Below, in pieces: positions 38,477 through 48,063 of a stretch of 64,000 nt of DNA. Location of the stretch: contig MHCJ01000006.1 of NCBI GenBank assembly GCA_001816585.1, positions 40-64,039 on the forward strand, read 5' to 3'. This DNA is from Candidatus Chisholmbacteria bacterium RIFCSPHIGHO2_01_FULL_52_32. GTDB lineage: Bacteria; Patescibacteriota; Microgenomatia; UBA1400; Chisholmbacteraceae. Position 1 is the stretch's first letter. Each line of letters begins with the position of its first letter. The position numbers were made by a program, and so were the translations under genes. Under the pieces are notes generated by a model. That model saw only the letters and a list, made by a program, of their open reading frames with translations. It was not told where the DNA came from and searched no databases.

Positions 38477-39355
38477 ATGAATGGGTCCAATTCCCTATCC
38501 CTTAAGCAGTCACGCGAAGAATTCATTGCAGACCTCCGCGCAAAAAAGCGTGCAACCGCTACCATTCTAGCATATGGGAAAGATATCGAGCAGCTTGCCG
38601 AGTTTCTCGAAAAAACCGAGATCACCTCAACAGAAGCAATCACCCCGGAGCACATCAAAGCCTTTACGCTCAACTTAGGGAAACTCAACTACACTGCCAA
38701 ATCCATCTCTAGAAAAATTAATTCTATCAAGTCCTTCTTTCGATTTCTAAAGGCTAAAGAGTATATCGAAACAAATCCCACCACCGCGATCGTTCATCCG
38801 CGTTACGACGTCAAGCCACCAAGAGTTCTTTCAAAGATGGAATACCGGGCCCTTCGCGATGCCTGTCGTTCGGACACGAGAATCTCTTCAATTGTAGAGA
38901 TGCTCCTGCAAACCGGAATACGGATCGGCGAACTCGCCAACCTGAGAATTGAGGACCTTGATCTTGAAAAAAGCGCCATGACCATCCAACCATACGAATC
39001 GCACGGGCTCCGAACCGTACCCCTCACAAGAGCCGCCCACAAAGCCCTCGAAGACTATATCGAAGAACGTCCGAAAACACGGGAGAAAACACTCTTTGTC
39101 ACCAAAACCGGCCGCCCATTCCTCGTCCGGAACATCAGAGCAGCCATTGATCGCTACTTCAAGCTGGCAGGGATAAAAGATGCGAAAGTCAATGACCTCC
39201 GCCACACCTTCATTGCCCAACAGTTGATCGCCGGAACGCCGTTGGTATATATTTCAAAGCTCGTTGGCCACAAACGGCTCTCCACTACCGAAAAATACCT
39301 CAAGGTCATCAGCGAAAAAGTGGAAAAAGACGAAGTGAAACTGGAAGAGCTCTAA
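38477..39355 (+). CDS. Tyrosine site-specific recombinase, XerC/XerD-like.
   Basis: 292 aa with an N-terminal core-binding domain and a catalytic R...HxxR...Y (LRHTF...TEKYLKV). Confidence 0.75.
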   Translation: MNGSNSLSLKQSREEFIADLRAKKRATATILAYGKDIEQLAEFLEKTEITSTEAITPEHIKAFTLNLGKLNYTAKSISRKINSIKSFFRFLKAKEYIETNPTTAIVHPRYDVKPPRVLSKMEYRALRDACRSDTRISSIVEMLLQTGIRIGELANLRIEDLDLEKSAMTIQPYESHGLRTVPLTRAAHKALEDYIEERPKTREKTLFVTKTGRPFLVRNIRAAIDRYFKLAGIKDAKVNDLRHTFIAQQLIAGTPLVYISKLVGHKRLSTTEKYLKVISEKVEKDEVKLEEL

Positions 39356-39356
39356 T

Positions 39357-39593
39357 CTACCAATCCCGAAGCTTCTTCATCGCCCGATATCGCAGCCGCA
39401 CATGCTCAAGCACCCGTTCTTCTCCGGTCTCTTCATTACGAACGGTTATCGTCACCAAGGGCGTATCTTCGTTCATTGAAGCTTCCTGTGTCCAAAATTC
39501 ATCCCAGAAGGCCTGATCAGCTGGATCGCTTGTCAAAAAAAACTCCTCTTCCTCGGAAAACGTCAGATCGCTGAACCTCCGCTTCGCCATGTT
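39357..39593 (-). CDS. Hypothetical small acidic protein.
   Basis: ORF-track entry. Likely start MAKRRF. Confidence 0.3.
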   Translation of the reverse strand, partial: NMAKRRFSDLTFSEEEEFFLTSDPADQAFWDEFWTQEASMNEDTPLVTITVRNEETGEERVLEHVRLRYRAMKKLRDW

Positions 39594-39651
39594 CCTCACT
39601 ATAACACACAATCAAAGCGAGCAAAAGAAGGAAAAGAAATAAACACGATTG

Positions 39652-39723
39652 TGCGCCCGCTTGGATTCGAACCAAGGACATCTACTTTATAAGAGTAGCG
39701 CTCTGCCGCTGAGCTACGGGCGC
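39652..39723 (-). tRNA. tRNA-Ile with anticodon UAU (reads AUA).
   Basis: Minus-strand cloverleaf: GCGCCCG / UA / GCUC-AGCGGCAGA-GC / CUACU-CUUAUAA-AGUAG / AUGUC / CUUGG-UUCGAAU-CCAAG / CGGGCGC-A. Positions 34-36 are UAU. Confidence 0.75.
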
Positions 39724-39865
39724 TCGCTGCCGGAGGAATTATACCACCGACCCCTCTACCCTACTTGCCCGACGAAGCATCCAGAATGGAGTCTTGACTA
39801 ATGATCAAGACGGAATCTCTGGAGCAGAGGCGGGAACCCTATACGCTAAACGCTAGACGCTATTC

Positions 39866-42193
39866 CTACAGCCTGGACCTCTTCGCCACATCCGCCTCAA
39901 TCTCAGTCCGGTCCTTCCCGTACTTAAGCCTTGAAAGCTGACGGATCATCTCTCCGACTTTGGGATTCCGCAGTCTTCGCTCCTCTTCCACATCCTTGGT
40001 TAAATCCATCGAAAACGGCGGCATGGGCTCGTTATTCACCACGGTTTTTATGTAGACGTTGAACCGTTCGACATTCACCAAATCCCCTTCGGTAAAGGTC
40101 GGGGTAAACTCATGTTGAAGGAAATTTGCGTCCGACACACCAACCCGGAAGGTAACCAAACTTCCCACATTTCCGAACACAGCCTGTTTCACCTCTTCCT
40201 CAACCTGCCCAATGAATTGGTTGGCAACCGTCAGGTTCAGTTTATACTTCCTCGCTTCGGAAAGAATGACCGCAAAATCCGGTGTCGCAAAGTTCTGGAA
40301 CTCATCAACATAGAGGTAAAAATCGCGTCGTTGTTCCTCCGGAACATCCTGACGGCTCATCGCCGCAATAAGGATCTTCGGCACCAGGATAAGCCCCAAG
40401 AAGTTGCTGTTTTCTTCCCCGATCTTCCCCTTCGCAAGGTTTATAAGAAGTATTTTTCCCTCATCCATCACGTTTCGGAAATTGAATGCGCTCGCAGATT
40501 GCCCGATGATATTTCGCATCATCTTGTCTGTGACAAACCGCCCGAATTTCGAGACGATGTAGTCCAACACCTCGGATTTATGGAAGTCTGCCGTCTGGGC
40601 AATCTGGTCCGTCCAATAACGCCTGACGATCGGATCGCGGACCTTGGGAAGCAATTCCTGAACATACTTAGAATCGGTGAGCACCCGCACCACCTCAACA
40701 AACGTGTTGCCCGGTTCGCTCATTACGGTAAGCATCGCATTGCGGATCGCGTGCTCAAACCGCGGTCCGATAATCCCCGTCTTATGGGGATCGTAGAGCT
40801 TGTACATGAGGCCAATGAGCGAGGAAACCACGAAATGCTTCTGTTCTTCGGTTTCTGCTTCAAGCATGTTAAGCCCCATCGGCCGTTCGGTGTCGGAAGG
40901 ATCAAAGTAGATTACATCCTCCGCCCGCTCGGGAGGAATAAGCTCCAAGATCTGCTCAACCATGTCATGGGGATCAATAAAACACACCCCTTTCCCCGCC
41001 CGGATGTCTTGCATAATCATGTCTTTTAAGAATTCCGACTTCCCCGTCCCCGTTTTCCCGATGATGTACATGTGCCGCCTGCGGTCATCATCGGCGATGT
41101 AGACCTTCCGTGTCACCCCCCGGTAGGCGCTCTTCCCAAGGTAAAGTCCCTCTAAAGGAATCTGTGCCGGTGCCGGTGCCCTTTTCGCCATCAGCCAAAA
41201 GATGTGGGGGGTTTCCACCTGCTTGTTGGGAAAATGCATGATGGTTGCCAACTCTTCACTCGAGAGGACCGACCGCTTCCCAAAAAACGGCTGGTACCGG
41301 TAAATAAAATCAATCATGAATAAACGCCGAAGCCAAATCCGCGCCTTCTCGAAGCCGTTCTGATCCGAGGAAAACTGGGAAAATGCCCCGATGATGTTCC
41401 GAAGATGAGCCTCCGCCGACTGCTGCGATGTGGATGAAACGACGATGCGAATAGTTGTTTCAAAGCCTGGTTTTGCAACCTTATTCTCAATGGCTTCCAA
41501 GGTTTTTGCATCCACCATATATCTGGCTTTCTCGGGATCCGCCTCCTGAGCCTTAGTTTTAGCAACATAAGAAGCTCCCGCACTCTGCCAGGATTTTGAA
41601 GCGGGACTGATAAGGATTTGCAGCACCGCTCCTTCATCATCACCCATCTTCGCCAGTGCCGAGGTAACCGAACTCAACGGATCAGTGGGAAGTTCCTTAT
41701 ACACCTTCAGCGGTAAGTGAGAAGACGAACGAATTTTAAGCTGAGCATAAGCAACTTTCCCGGTTTCTGAAAAAATATTGTACTCATCAACTTCCTTAAC
41801 TTCTGCTCCGGGATATGCCCCATGGATCTGCTTTTCAACCAAATCGCGGAGCTCCATCGGACAGACAACCATGAAACGGATATCCTCTTTCCGGGCTACA
41901 ATCTCAAAGGAGAAGTGATCCTCAGGTTTAAACCAGGAAAAGAAACCGACTTTTTTAACGGAGAACAAACTGGCGAGCATCTGCTCAGCAACATCGATCT
42001 TGAGTTCGTTATCCCTCGGCACCGCAACCTGCAAAACCACCGATCCGAGCGAGTACTCTTCCCTCCTCCGGTAACGGATCCATTGAAACAGAAGATAGAA
42101 AAGGGCAACCAACCCCACGATCCCAACGGCCGCAATAATCATCAGGGTAACAAAGAAGAATGCTGTTCCGACCGGATCACTCACTCTCGGCAT
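39866..42193 (-). CDS. Membrane-anchored P-loop ATPase of the FtsK/HerA-TraD/VirD4 superfamily (AAA-like, DUF87 / type-IV coupling-protein-like).
   Basis: 775 aa with an N-terminal TM helix. Walker A IIGKTGTGKSEF near the middle and Walker B LYVDEFQNF. The family assignment is from architecture only. Confidence 0.45.
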   Translation of the reverse strand: MPRVSDPVGTAFFFVTLMIIAAVGIVGLVALFYLLFQWIRYRRREEYSLGSVVLQVAVPRDNELKIDVAEQMLASLFSVKKVGFFSWFKPEDHFSFEIVARKEDIRFMVVCPMELRDLVEKQIHGAYPGAEVKEVDEYNIFSETGKVAYAQLKIRSSSHLPLKVYKELPTDPLSSVTSALAKMGDDEGAVLQILISPASKSWQSAGASYVAKTKAQEADPEKARYMVDAKTLEAIENKVAKPGFETTIRIVVSSTSQQSAEAHLRNIIGAFSQFSSDQNGFEKARIWLRRLFMIDFIYRYQPFFGKRSVLSSEELATIMHFPNKQVETPHIFWLMAKRAPAPAQIPLEGLYLGKSAYRGVTRKVYIADDDRRRHMYIIGKTGTGKSEFLKDMIMQDIRAGKGVCFIDPHDMVEQILELIPPERAEDVIYFDPSDTERPMGLNMLEAETEEQKHFVVSSLIGLMYKLYDPHKTGIIGPRFEHAIRNAMLTVMSEPGNTFVEVVRVLTDSKYVQELLPKVRDPIVRRYWTDQIAQTADFHKSEVLDYIVSKFGRFVTDKMMRNIIGQSASAFNFRNVMDEGKILLINLAKGKIGEENSNFLGLILVPKILIAAMSRQDVPEEQRRDFYLYVDEFQNFATPDFAVILSEARKYKLNLTVANQFIGQVEEEVKQAVFGNVGSLVTFRVGVSDANFLQHEFTPTFTEGDLVNVERFNVYIKTVVNNEPMPPFSMDLTKDVEEERRLRNPKVGEMIRQLSRLKYGKDRTEIEADVAKRSRL

Positions 42194-42326
42194 ATCTGAT
42201 AACCTTCCCTCTCTTTGCTCTCCCAGTGAAGTAACGCTCCGCGTACTTCACGGGATCCCGTGAGATATAAAAGTTATCTCACTGGGATCTGCTCTACGCC
42301 CTATGCTCTATGCTCTAAGCTCTCTG

Positions 42327-42827
42327 CTATTTCTTCCCAAGAGCATATTTCTTTGCCATCCGAATGCACCACTCCGCCAGCCAGCGAATGCTGTCAAACA
42401 GCTTGTAATGAAGTCCCTTCTTAATGCCCGTATCGTCAAGCGGCAACGTGACACTCACTGCCTGCGGCGCTGCCGGGGAAACAATCGGCTTCCCCTTATG
42501 AACGATAACCGGCGGTTCCGCCACCTCATCCTTTTCCACCCGCTCAAGCCATCCCTCCACATCCGGAGGAAGCTCCTTGGGAGGACCAATTTCAACAATC
42601 GGATGTGTTTCCGTCGGACTCACTCCTGTACTTGGTTCCTTCTCTTTTGCGGCCGTCGGTTGACCTGCCTGTGGTTGAGAGCCTGACGGCGCCTCAATCA
42701 CCTTCCCCGCCTCTTGCGGTACCACCCCGGCTTGATCTGTTTGTGACGAAGGCGGCCCAACGGAAGAAGGCTGTGCACTTGAAGGTAATCCGCCCTCAGC
42801 ATTCCCTTGCCCACCAGGTGTATCCAT
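42327..42827 (-). CDS. Hypothetical Pro/Gln-rich protein.
   Basis: 166-aa ORF with low-complexity P/Q/S-rich N-terminal two thirds. Confidence 0.35.
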   Translation of the reverse strand: MDTPGGQGNAEGGLPSSAQPSSVGPPSSQTDQAGVVPQEAGKVIEAPSGSQPQAGQPTAAKEKEPSTGVSPTETHPIVEIGPPKELPPDVEGWLERVEKDEVAEPPVIVHKGKPIVSPAAPQAVSVTLPLDDTGIKKGLHYKLFDSIRWLAEWCIRMAKKYALGKK

Positions 42828-42921
42828 ACCCCTCCATCATAGCACACCAAAAGAGGGCTCTCGAAATGATCACGCTTGAAAAAGACTACCCGAAGAGAAA
42901 GGTTAATATTCGAAGTTATCC

Positions 42922-43401
42922 TTAAGGTTGCCGCGCAAGCTCCAGCTCCAACCAATTGAAAAACGTATTGTCAAGCTCGGCAATGGACTCCCACGTATCA
43001 TCTTCAATATCACCAGCATTGGCACCCACCCTACCGATCGTCCTCCAGCTTTTCTCGGGTTCCGATTCGAGGTTATAACACGCATGAATTCCTTGAGATT
43101 CAACGGTTACCTTAATAGCCGAAGACGGAGACAAAACCTTAGCATGTGGACTTCTGGGATCTGTCTCAATTTCCACATTGGTTCGAACTGAACTATAGCG
43201 ACCCACATTGCGCATCTTATCAACAGATAATTTCCAATACGAAGAGGACTGAGTTTGTCCCAATATCCGATCGGCAATTCCAATCCGTTGCTGTTCTCCC
43301 TGCTCCCGAAGCAAGGTAACCAGTCGTTCTCGAATAGGTTGTACTACCCGAAGTGCTTGATCCCTTTGGCCTTCGATCGCTTCAAGTTTGTTAAACACCA
43401 T
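42922..43401 (-). CDS. Hypothetical protein.
   Basis: 159-aa ORF with no recognised motif. Confidence 0.35.
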   Translation of the reverse strand: MVFNKLEAIEGQRDQALRVVQPIRERLVTLLREQGEQQRIGIADRILGQTQSSSYWKLSVDKMRNVGRYSSVRTNVEIETDPRSPHAKVLSPSSAIKVTVESQGIHACYNLESEPEKSWRTIGRVGANAGDIEDDTWESIAELDNTFFNWLELELARQP

Positions 43402-43425
43402 AGTCGCATAAGTTTATCATATCGG

Positions 43426-44025
43426 TCAAAAATCCAAGCCCTTCACGGCTTTCCTGCCCCGATCATACGGATGCTTGATTTTTCGCATCTCGGTCACCAG
43501 ATCCGCAAGCTCCACAATTTTTGGATGTGCACCTCTTCCTGTCAACACCAAATGTGTCTTCTCCCTATCAGAAATTAGGTCAATTAGAGCACTTAGGTCA
43601 ATTAAGCCGTCAGAGACGGCGTTATTAACCTCATCCAAAATCAGCATATCAACCTGTCCTACCAGCTCCTTTGCTTTCCGAAGTGCCGCCTTCGCCGCTT
43701 TCTTATGCTCATTCTCCCCCGCCCGATCCACAACCACCCCACCGCCAGCAATCGGAGCGGTTTTGATCTGCCTTCCTCTCTGATTCATAATTCCTGATTC
43801 ATAATTCGTGATTCTAAAACCCACACCCATTGGAAATACCTTGAAGTTAGGAAATTGATCCGCTAATCGATACTCGGAAACATCCCAGTCTCTGCTCTTG
43901 TACCAACAAACCATCACAACCGTCATTCCGGAGAGTGCCGCCCGCACCCCTACTCCCAACGCAGCAGAAGTTTTCCCCTTTCCGTTCCCTGTGAATACGT
44001 AAACAAGTCCTTTTTGAATAGTCAT
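43426..44025 (-). CDS. Cob(I)yrinic acid a,c-diamide (corrinoid) adenosyltransferase, CobA/BtuR type.
   Basis: P-loop GNGKGKTSAALG... and a CobA-type N-terminus. Contains an in-frame 14-nt x2 tandem duplication (RITNYESGIMNQ). Confidence 0.7.
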   Translation of the reverse strand: MTIQKGLVYVFTGNGKGKTSAALGVGVRAALSGMTVVMVCWYKSRDWDVSEYRLADQFPNFKVFPMGVGFRITNYESGIMNQRGRQIKTAPIAGGGVVVDRAGENEHKKAAKAALRKAKELVGQVDMLILDEVNNAVSDGLIDLSALIDLISDREKTHLVLTGRGAHPKIVELADLVTEMRKIKHPYDRGRKAVKGLDF

Positions 44026-44112
44026 TCTAAACCCTAGACGCTAAACCCTAAACGCTACTGACAATTGTTGCATTTTTCTCCACTTATCGTTGCATCCAGA
44101 CGAAAAGTGCTT

Positions 44113-44517
44113 CTATTTGTCCCTCAACCGTCTCTGGGCCAGCCGAAGGATGGCTCCGATTCGGACATCTCCGCCATCGAAAAACCGCCGCACGTCATCG
44201 CTGTACTTGGTAATCCAATCCGACAATGCCTCAGGCGTTTCCTTTGCTAAATATTCCACAACCTGTTGACAGGAGATGACCGTTTTTTTCGTTAATGGCG
44301 TACCATCGTTAGGTCGTACTATTCCCATGGCATCAAGTCCCTGCGACATAAGGACTTGTTCAACCGCTCTCCGTCGTGCATCCTCAATACCTCGCCGTGG
44401 TCCTTCCCGCTCCCCGAAGTAGTGATTCACCAATCCGGAAAAGAGCTCTTCGGGAGATAATGGCTCTTGGACAGTTCGGTCTCGACTTATAGAAAGCTCA
44501 TCTCTTGCTTCTGTCAT
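44113..44517 (-). CDS. Hypothetical protein.
   Basis: 134-aa ORF. Confidence 0.35.
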   Translation of the reverse strand: MTEARDELSISRDRTVQEPLSPEELFSGLVNHYFGEREGPRRGIEDARRRAVEQVLMSQGLDAMGIVRPNDGTPLTKKTVISCQQVVEYLAKETPEALSDWITKYSDDVRRFFDGGDVRIGAILRLAQRRLRDK

Positions 44518-44567
44518 CGTTGTTGATTATATCGTTTATAAGTAGACAAACCTTTCGATGTCCCTCG

Positions 44568-45182
44568 TTAACTCAAATATCCCGTCTTCTCAAACACAAT
44601 CCTCGGAACATCACGTTTAAGCGTAAATCCATGTTTCCGTAGCAATGTTTGAAGAACCACAAGCGGCAGTCCCACGACATTCGTAAAGCTTCCGCGAACG
44701 TCAGAAACAAATCCCTTTGCCCCCATCTGGATCGCATACCCTCCCCCTTTATCAAGCGGTTCACCCGTTGCCACGTAATCGTTGATCTCCTCATCAGACA
44801 AAGTTCGGAACGTGACAGCCGTTTCCTCCGCCGCCGACACGCTCTTTTTTGTCAAGGCATCAACCACCGCTATCCCGGTGTACACCGCATGTGTCTTCCC
44901 GGAAAGCTTTTTTAAAATCCGCACCGCATCCCTTTCATCCTTCGGCTTCCCAATAGTTTCCCCACCAACAGAAACAACGGTATCCGCTCCAATAACGAGT
45001 CCCTCCGAACGCATCTCAGCAACGAAACGGGCTTTCAAAAGCGAAAGTTTGAAAACGAGCTTTCGGGGATCTCTCAGGGAAATTTTCCGCTCGTCAAAAT
45101 AGGAAGGGACGACAGCAAATGGAACTCCCAGCCAAGATAAAAGCTCGCGCCGACGTTCTGATGACGAAGCTAAAATAAGCAT
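44568..45182 (-). CDS. maf: Maf-family nucleoside-triphosphate pyrophosphatase.
   Basis: MLILASSSERRRELL...GADTVV...GKP motifs. Confidence 0.8.
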   Translation of the reverse strand: MLILASSSERRRELLSWLGVPFAVVPSYFDERKISLRDPRKLVFKLSLLKARFVAEMRSEGLVIGADTVVSVGGETIGKPKDERDAVRILKKLSGKTHAVYTGIAVVDALTKKSVSAAEETAVTFRTLSDEEINDYVATGEPLDKGGGYAIQMGAKGFVSDVRGSFTNVVGLPLVVLQTLLRKHGFTLKRDVPRIVFEKTGYLS

Positions 45183-45271
45183 AGTCGGTGGATAGTATTC
45201 GAGAGAAGTATAACAGGACCTAAGAAATCCGCAGGAAAGCTGCAGGAAGGAAAACCTCCGAAACAGCGACC

Positions 45272-47587
45272 CTACACTTCACAAACGCTGTACCCGCACA
45301 GCTGGCACTTTGAACAACCCTCGGTAAACGACATCGGTCCGCCGCATTCCGGACACTTGCCCCCTTCCGTCTCACCCACCCCAAAAGAGGCCGCCCGTAC
45401 CGCAAGCGGTGTGACAGAAAGTTTGCTCTGAATCCGAACACTCTTCGATTCCTTCTCAAGGATCTGCACCGACTTGCTTTTATCCCGATAGATCGTGATC
45501 CCTTTACACCCCATCTTCCAGGCTAACCGATAGGCCTTTTCGACATCCTCGATCACTGCCGATTCCGGAAAGTTGATCGTCTTGGAAACCGCATTATCGG
45601 TGTATTCCTGAAACGCCCCCTGCATTCGCACATGCCATTCTGGAGAAATATCATGGGCAGTCCGGAAAACATCCTTTATCCACTGTGGAATACCCAAAAC
45701 GGAGGTAACGCTCCCCGTTTTTGAGACTTCATGAAGGAGAGGTTCAATTGCGCTCCGCTCACCGTTTCCAACCGCACCAGCCAGCGCCTGTTCAAAAGAA
45801 GTGTTCATATACGTCAACCCTTCCTGATCTACAACGTTTTTCACAAATGAAAGAGCAAAGATCGGCTCGATCCCGGATGAGCAATCGGCAACCATGCTGA
45901 TCGTCCCTGTGGGGGCTATGGTCGTGACGGCAACATTCCGCACTTTCACTCGCTTCCCCAAATGCGGATGCTTTCGTGCAAAGTCGCTCTTCTCCCATAG
46001 CGGGAACGCACCCTTCTCCGCAGCAATCCTCGCGCTTTCATCCCATCCGATCCTCTGAATGAACTGCGCCACTTTCTTTGCCAAACGAACAGCTTCCTCG
46101 CTGTCGTATCGGACACGAAGCGAAACTAATAAATCCGCCCATCCCATCACCCCGAGGCCAATCCGACGGACATTATGTGCCATGGCGCTGATTTGAGGAA
46201 TGGGATAAAAACTCGCATCAATCCCGTCATCCAAGAACCGTACCGCTATTCGCACGACCTCCTCCAACCGCTTCCAATCAATGAGGTCTTCTGTTTTACC
46301 CTTTGCCCTTTGCCCGCTTGTCCTGAGCGAAGTCGAAGGATTGCCCTTTGCCTTTTTAACAAACTTCCCCAAATTAACAGACCCTAAGTTGCACACGTCA
46401 AACGGATGAAGCGGTTGTTCCCCGCAAACATTGGTTGCCGTAATAGGCCCAAGAGCCTTAAGAAGCGGGTTATCTCGATTGATCGCATCAAGATAAATCA
46501 TTCCCGGATCGCCGGTTTTCCATGCCAAAGCAACAGCCTGGTCAAACACCGTCCGCGCCTTCGTTCGCCGTACGACCGCGCCCGTACGCGGATTCACCAA
46601 ATCCCAATGACCATCCTTCTCAACCGCTCCCATGAACGCATCACTCGCCCCCACCGAAATATTGAAGTTGCCAATTTCCCCTTCCTGCGTCTTGCAGGTG
46701 ATAAATTCAAAAATATCCGGGTGGTCGGCATTCAGGATGCCCATGTTAGCCCCGCGGTGGCGCCCTCCAAGCATCACGATCTCCGTCGCCGCATCAAACG
46801 CCTTCATAAACGAAACGGGCCCTGAGGCAAATCCGCCGCCACCGACCGCATCTCCGTTCGGTCGAAGCTTGGAAAAATTGTAACCAGTCCCCCCACCCGA
46901 CTGATGAATGAGTGCTGTCCACTTCACCGCATCAAAAATTGCCTCCATGTCATCCTCAACCGGTAACACGAAGCAATTTGCGAGTAGCCCCCGTTTTTGC
47001 CCGGCTCCCCGAAAGTAACAACCTGCCGGAACAAAAGAAAACGTGCTCATTATCTCGCTAAATTTTTGCTCCCAAGCCTTACGCTGACGCTTCTCGACTG
47101 CGGAAACACAAGCAGCCACTCGCTCCACCGCTTGTCGGGGCGTTTCAACCACATTCCCCCGTTCATCTTTGAGAAGATAACGCCTGGCCATTGCCTTGAG
47201 AGCATTGACGGACATCCCGAGGTCATCCTCAACGCCCAACACGTTCCGCACTGTCCGCAGCTCCGCTTGTCGTTGTCGGAAGAGGATGTACGCCTTCGCC
47301 GTACGGTAGTGAGACCCCGCCATCAATACCTGCTCTACGATATCCTGCACCTGCTCAACAGTCGGAATCACCTTTCTCGCCCCTCGAAGCCCTGGCGAAG
47401 TGGGGCCATTGGTTCGCCGGAGAAGTTCAATCACAATACTCGTCAGCCGCTTCGCTTCAATTTCCCCGAACTCGCCGGTTACAGCCGAAGATTTTAAGAT
47501 CGCAATGGTGATCTTGGCGGGATCAAACGCTACCACCCCTCCATCGCGCTTTCTGATCTGCTTAATGGCGAAAGCGTTATCTGCCAT
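45272..47587 (-). CDS. nrdJ: Class II (adenosylcobalamin-dependent) ribonucleotide reductase, paralog 1, with an N-terminal ATP-cone and C-terminal Zn-ribbon.
   Basis: ATP-cone (IRKRDGGVVAFDPAKI), a catalytic core with NLGSVNL, the PTGTIS motif, and a C-terminal CPECGG...C..C..C. An in-frame insert AKGNPSTSLRTSGQRAKGK matches the interspersed repeat core. Confidence 0.85.
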   Translation of the reverse strand: MADNAFAIKQIRKRDGGVVAFDPAKITIAILKSSAVTGEFGEIEAKRLTSIVIELLRRTNGPTSPGLRGARKVIPTVEQVQDIVEQVLMAGSHYRTAKAYILFRQRQAELRTVRNVLGVEDDLGMSVNALKAMARRYLLKDERGNVVETPRQAVERVAACVSAVEKRQRKAWEQKFSEIMSTFSFVPAGCYFRGAGQKRGLLANCFVLPVEDDMEAIFDAVKWTALIHQSGGGTGYNFSKLRPNGDAVGGGGFASGPVSFMKAFDAATEIVMLGGRHRGANMGILNADHPDIFEFITCKTQEGEIGNFNISVGASDAFMGAVEKDGHWDLVNPRTGAVVRRTKARTVFDQAVALAWKTGDPGMIYLDAINRDNPLLKALGPITATNVCGEQPLHPFDVCNLGSVNLGKFVKKAKGNPSTSLRTSGQRAKGKTEDLIDWKRLEEVVRIAVRFLDDGIDASFYPIPQISAMAHNVRRIGLGVMGWADLLVSLRVRYDSEEAVRLAKKVAQFIQRIGWDESARIAAEKGAFPLWEKSDFARKHPHLGKRVKVRNVAVTTIAPTGTISMVADCSSGIEPIFALSFVKNVVDQEGLTYMNTSFEQALAGAVGNGERSAIEPLLHEVSKTGSVTSVLGIPQWIKDVFRTAHDISPEWHVRMQGAFQEYTDNAVSKTINFPESAVIEDVEKAYRLAWKMGCKGITIYRDKSKSVQILEKESKSVRIQSKLSVTPLAVRAASFGVGETEGGKCPECGGPMSFTEGCSKCQLCGYSVCEV
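46297..46352. repeat. In-frame insert inside nrdJ paralog 1: CTTTGCC heptamers flanking the cctgagcgaagtcgaagga element core.
   Basis: ccctttgccctttgcccgcttgtcctgagcgaagtcgaaggattgccctttgcc. Confidence 0.75.
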
Positions 47588-47622
47588 AATCGCTGGAAAT
47601 GAATTTGGATAGTAGAAATTGG

Positions 47623-48051
47623 TTATTTGTCATTCTCGCCCTCAGCGAGAGGATGTCCTCCTCTGTACTTTGCTTTAATCCGATAGTAGTGCCGCCAACG
47701 CTCCGCTTCGGACGCGTCGCTTGCAAAGATTTTTTCAGGATACTTCTCCTCATTCTTCCTCATCTTCATCTCAAACGCGTGGGCTAAATCGATATGTAAA
47801 CTCTCCGCCATGACGAGCACCCACCAGAGAACATCCGCCAATTCATCGCAGATGGGCCCATAAAGCCTGGCTTCCTTTCTTACTTCATCTCCCGTTTTCC
47901 ATTGAAAATGTTCCAAAAGCTCGGTTGCCTCCAGAACCACGCTCAACGCGATGTCTTTTGGATCCTCACCGGTCCACTTCCTTCGTTGACGAAACTGAAG
48001 GACCTGCTTCTTAAGCTCTTCAACCTTCGTCTTTTCATCATTCATCGACAT
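47623..48051 (-). CDS. MazG-like nucleotide pyrophosphohydrolase.
   Basis: EATELLEHF...ELADVLWWV is the MazG EExxE motif region. Confidence 0.7.
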   Translation of the reverse strand: MSMNDEKTKVEELKKQVLQFRQRRKWTGEDPKDIALSVVLEATELLEHFQWKTGDEVRKEARLYGPICDELADVLWWVLVMAESLHIDLAHAFEMKMRKNEEKYPEKIFASDASEAERWRHYYRIKAKYRGGHPLAEGENDK

Positions 48052-48063
48052 ATTCCTCCTTTC

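Noticed and set aside
38477-39723. A definite integrated prophage or ICE at tRNA-Ile
   Set aside because: The recombinase has XerC/D-like size and motifs, and no att direct repeat of the tRNA 3' end was found by eye. Kept only as a low-confidence finding.
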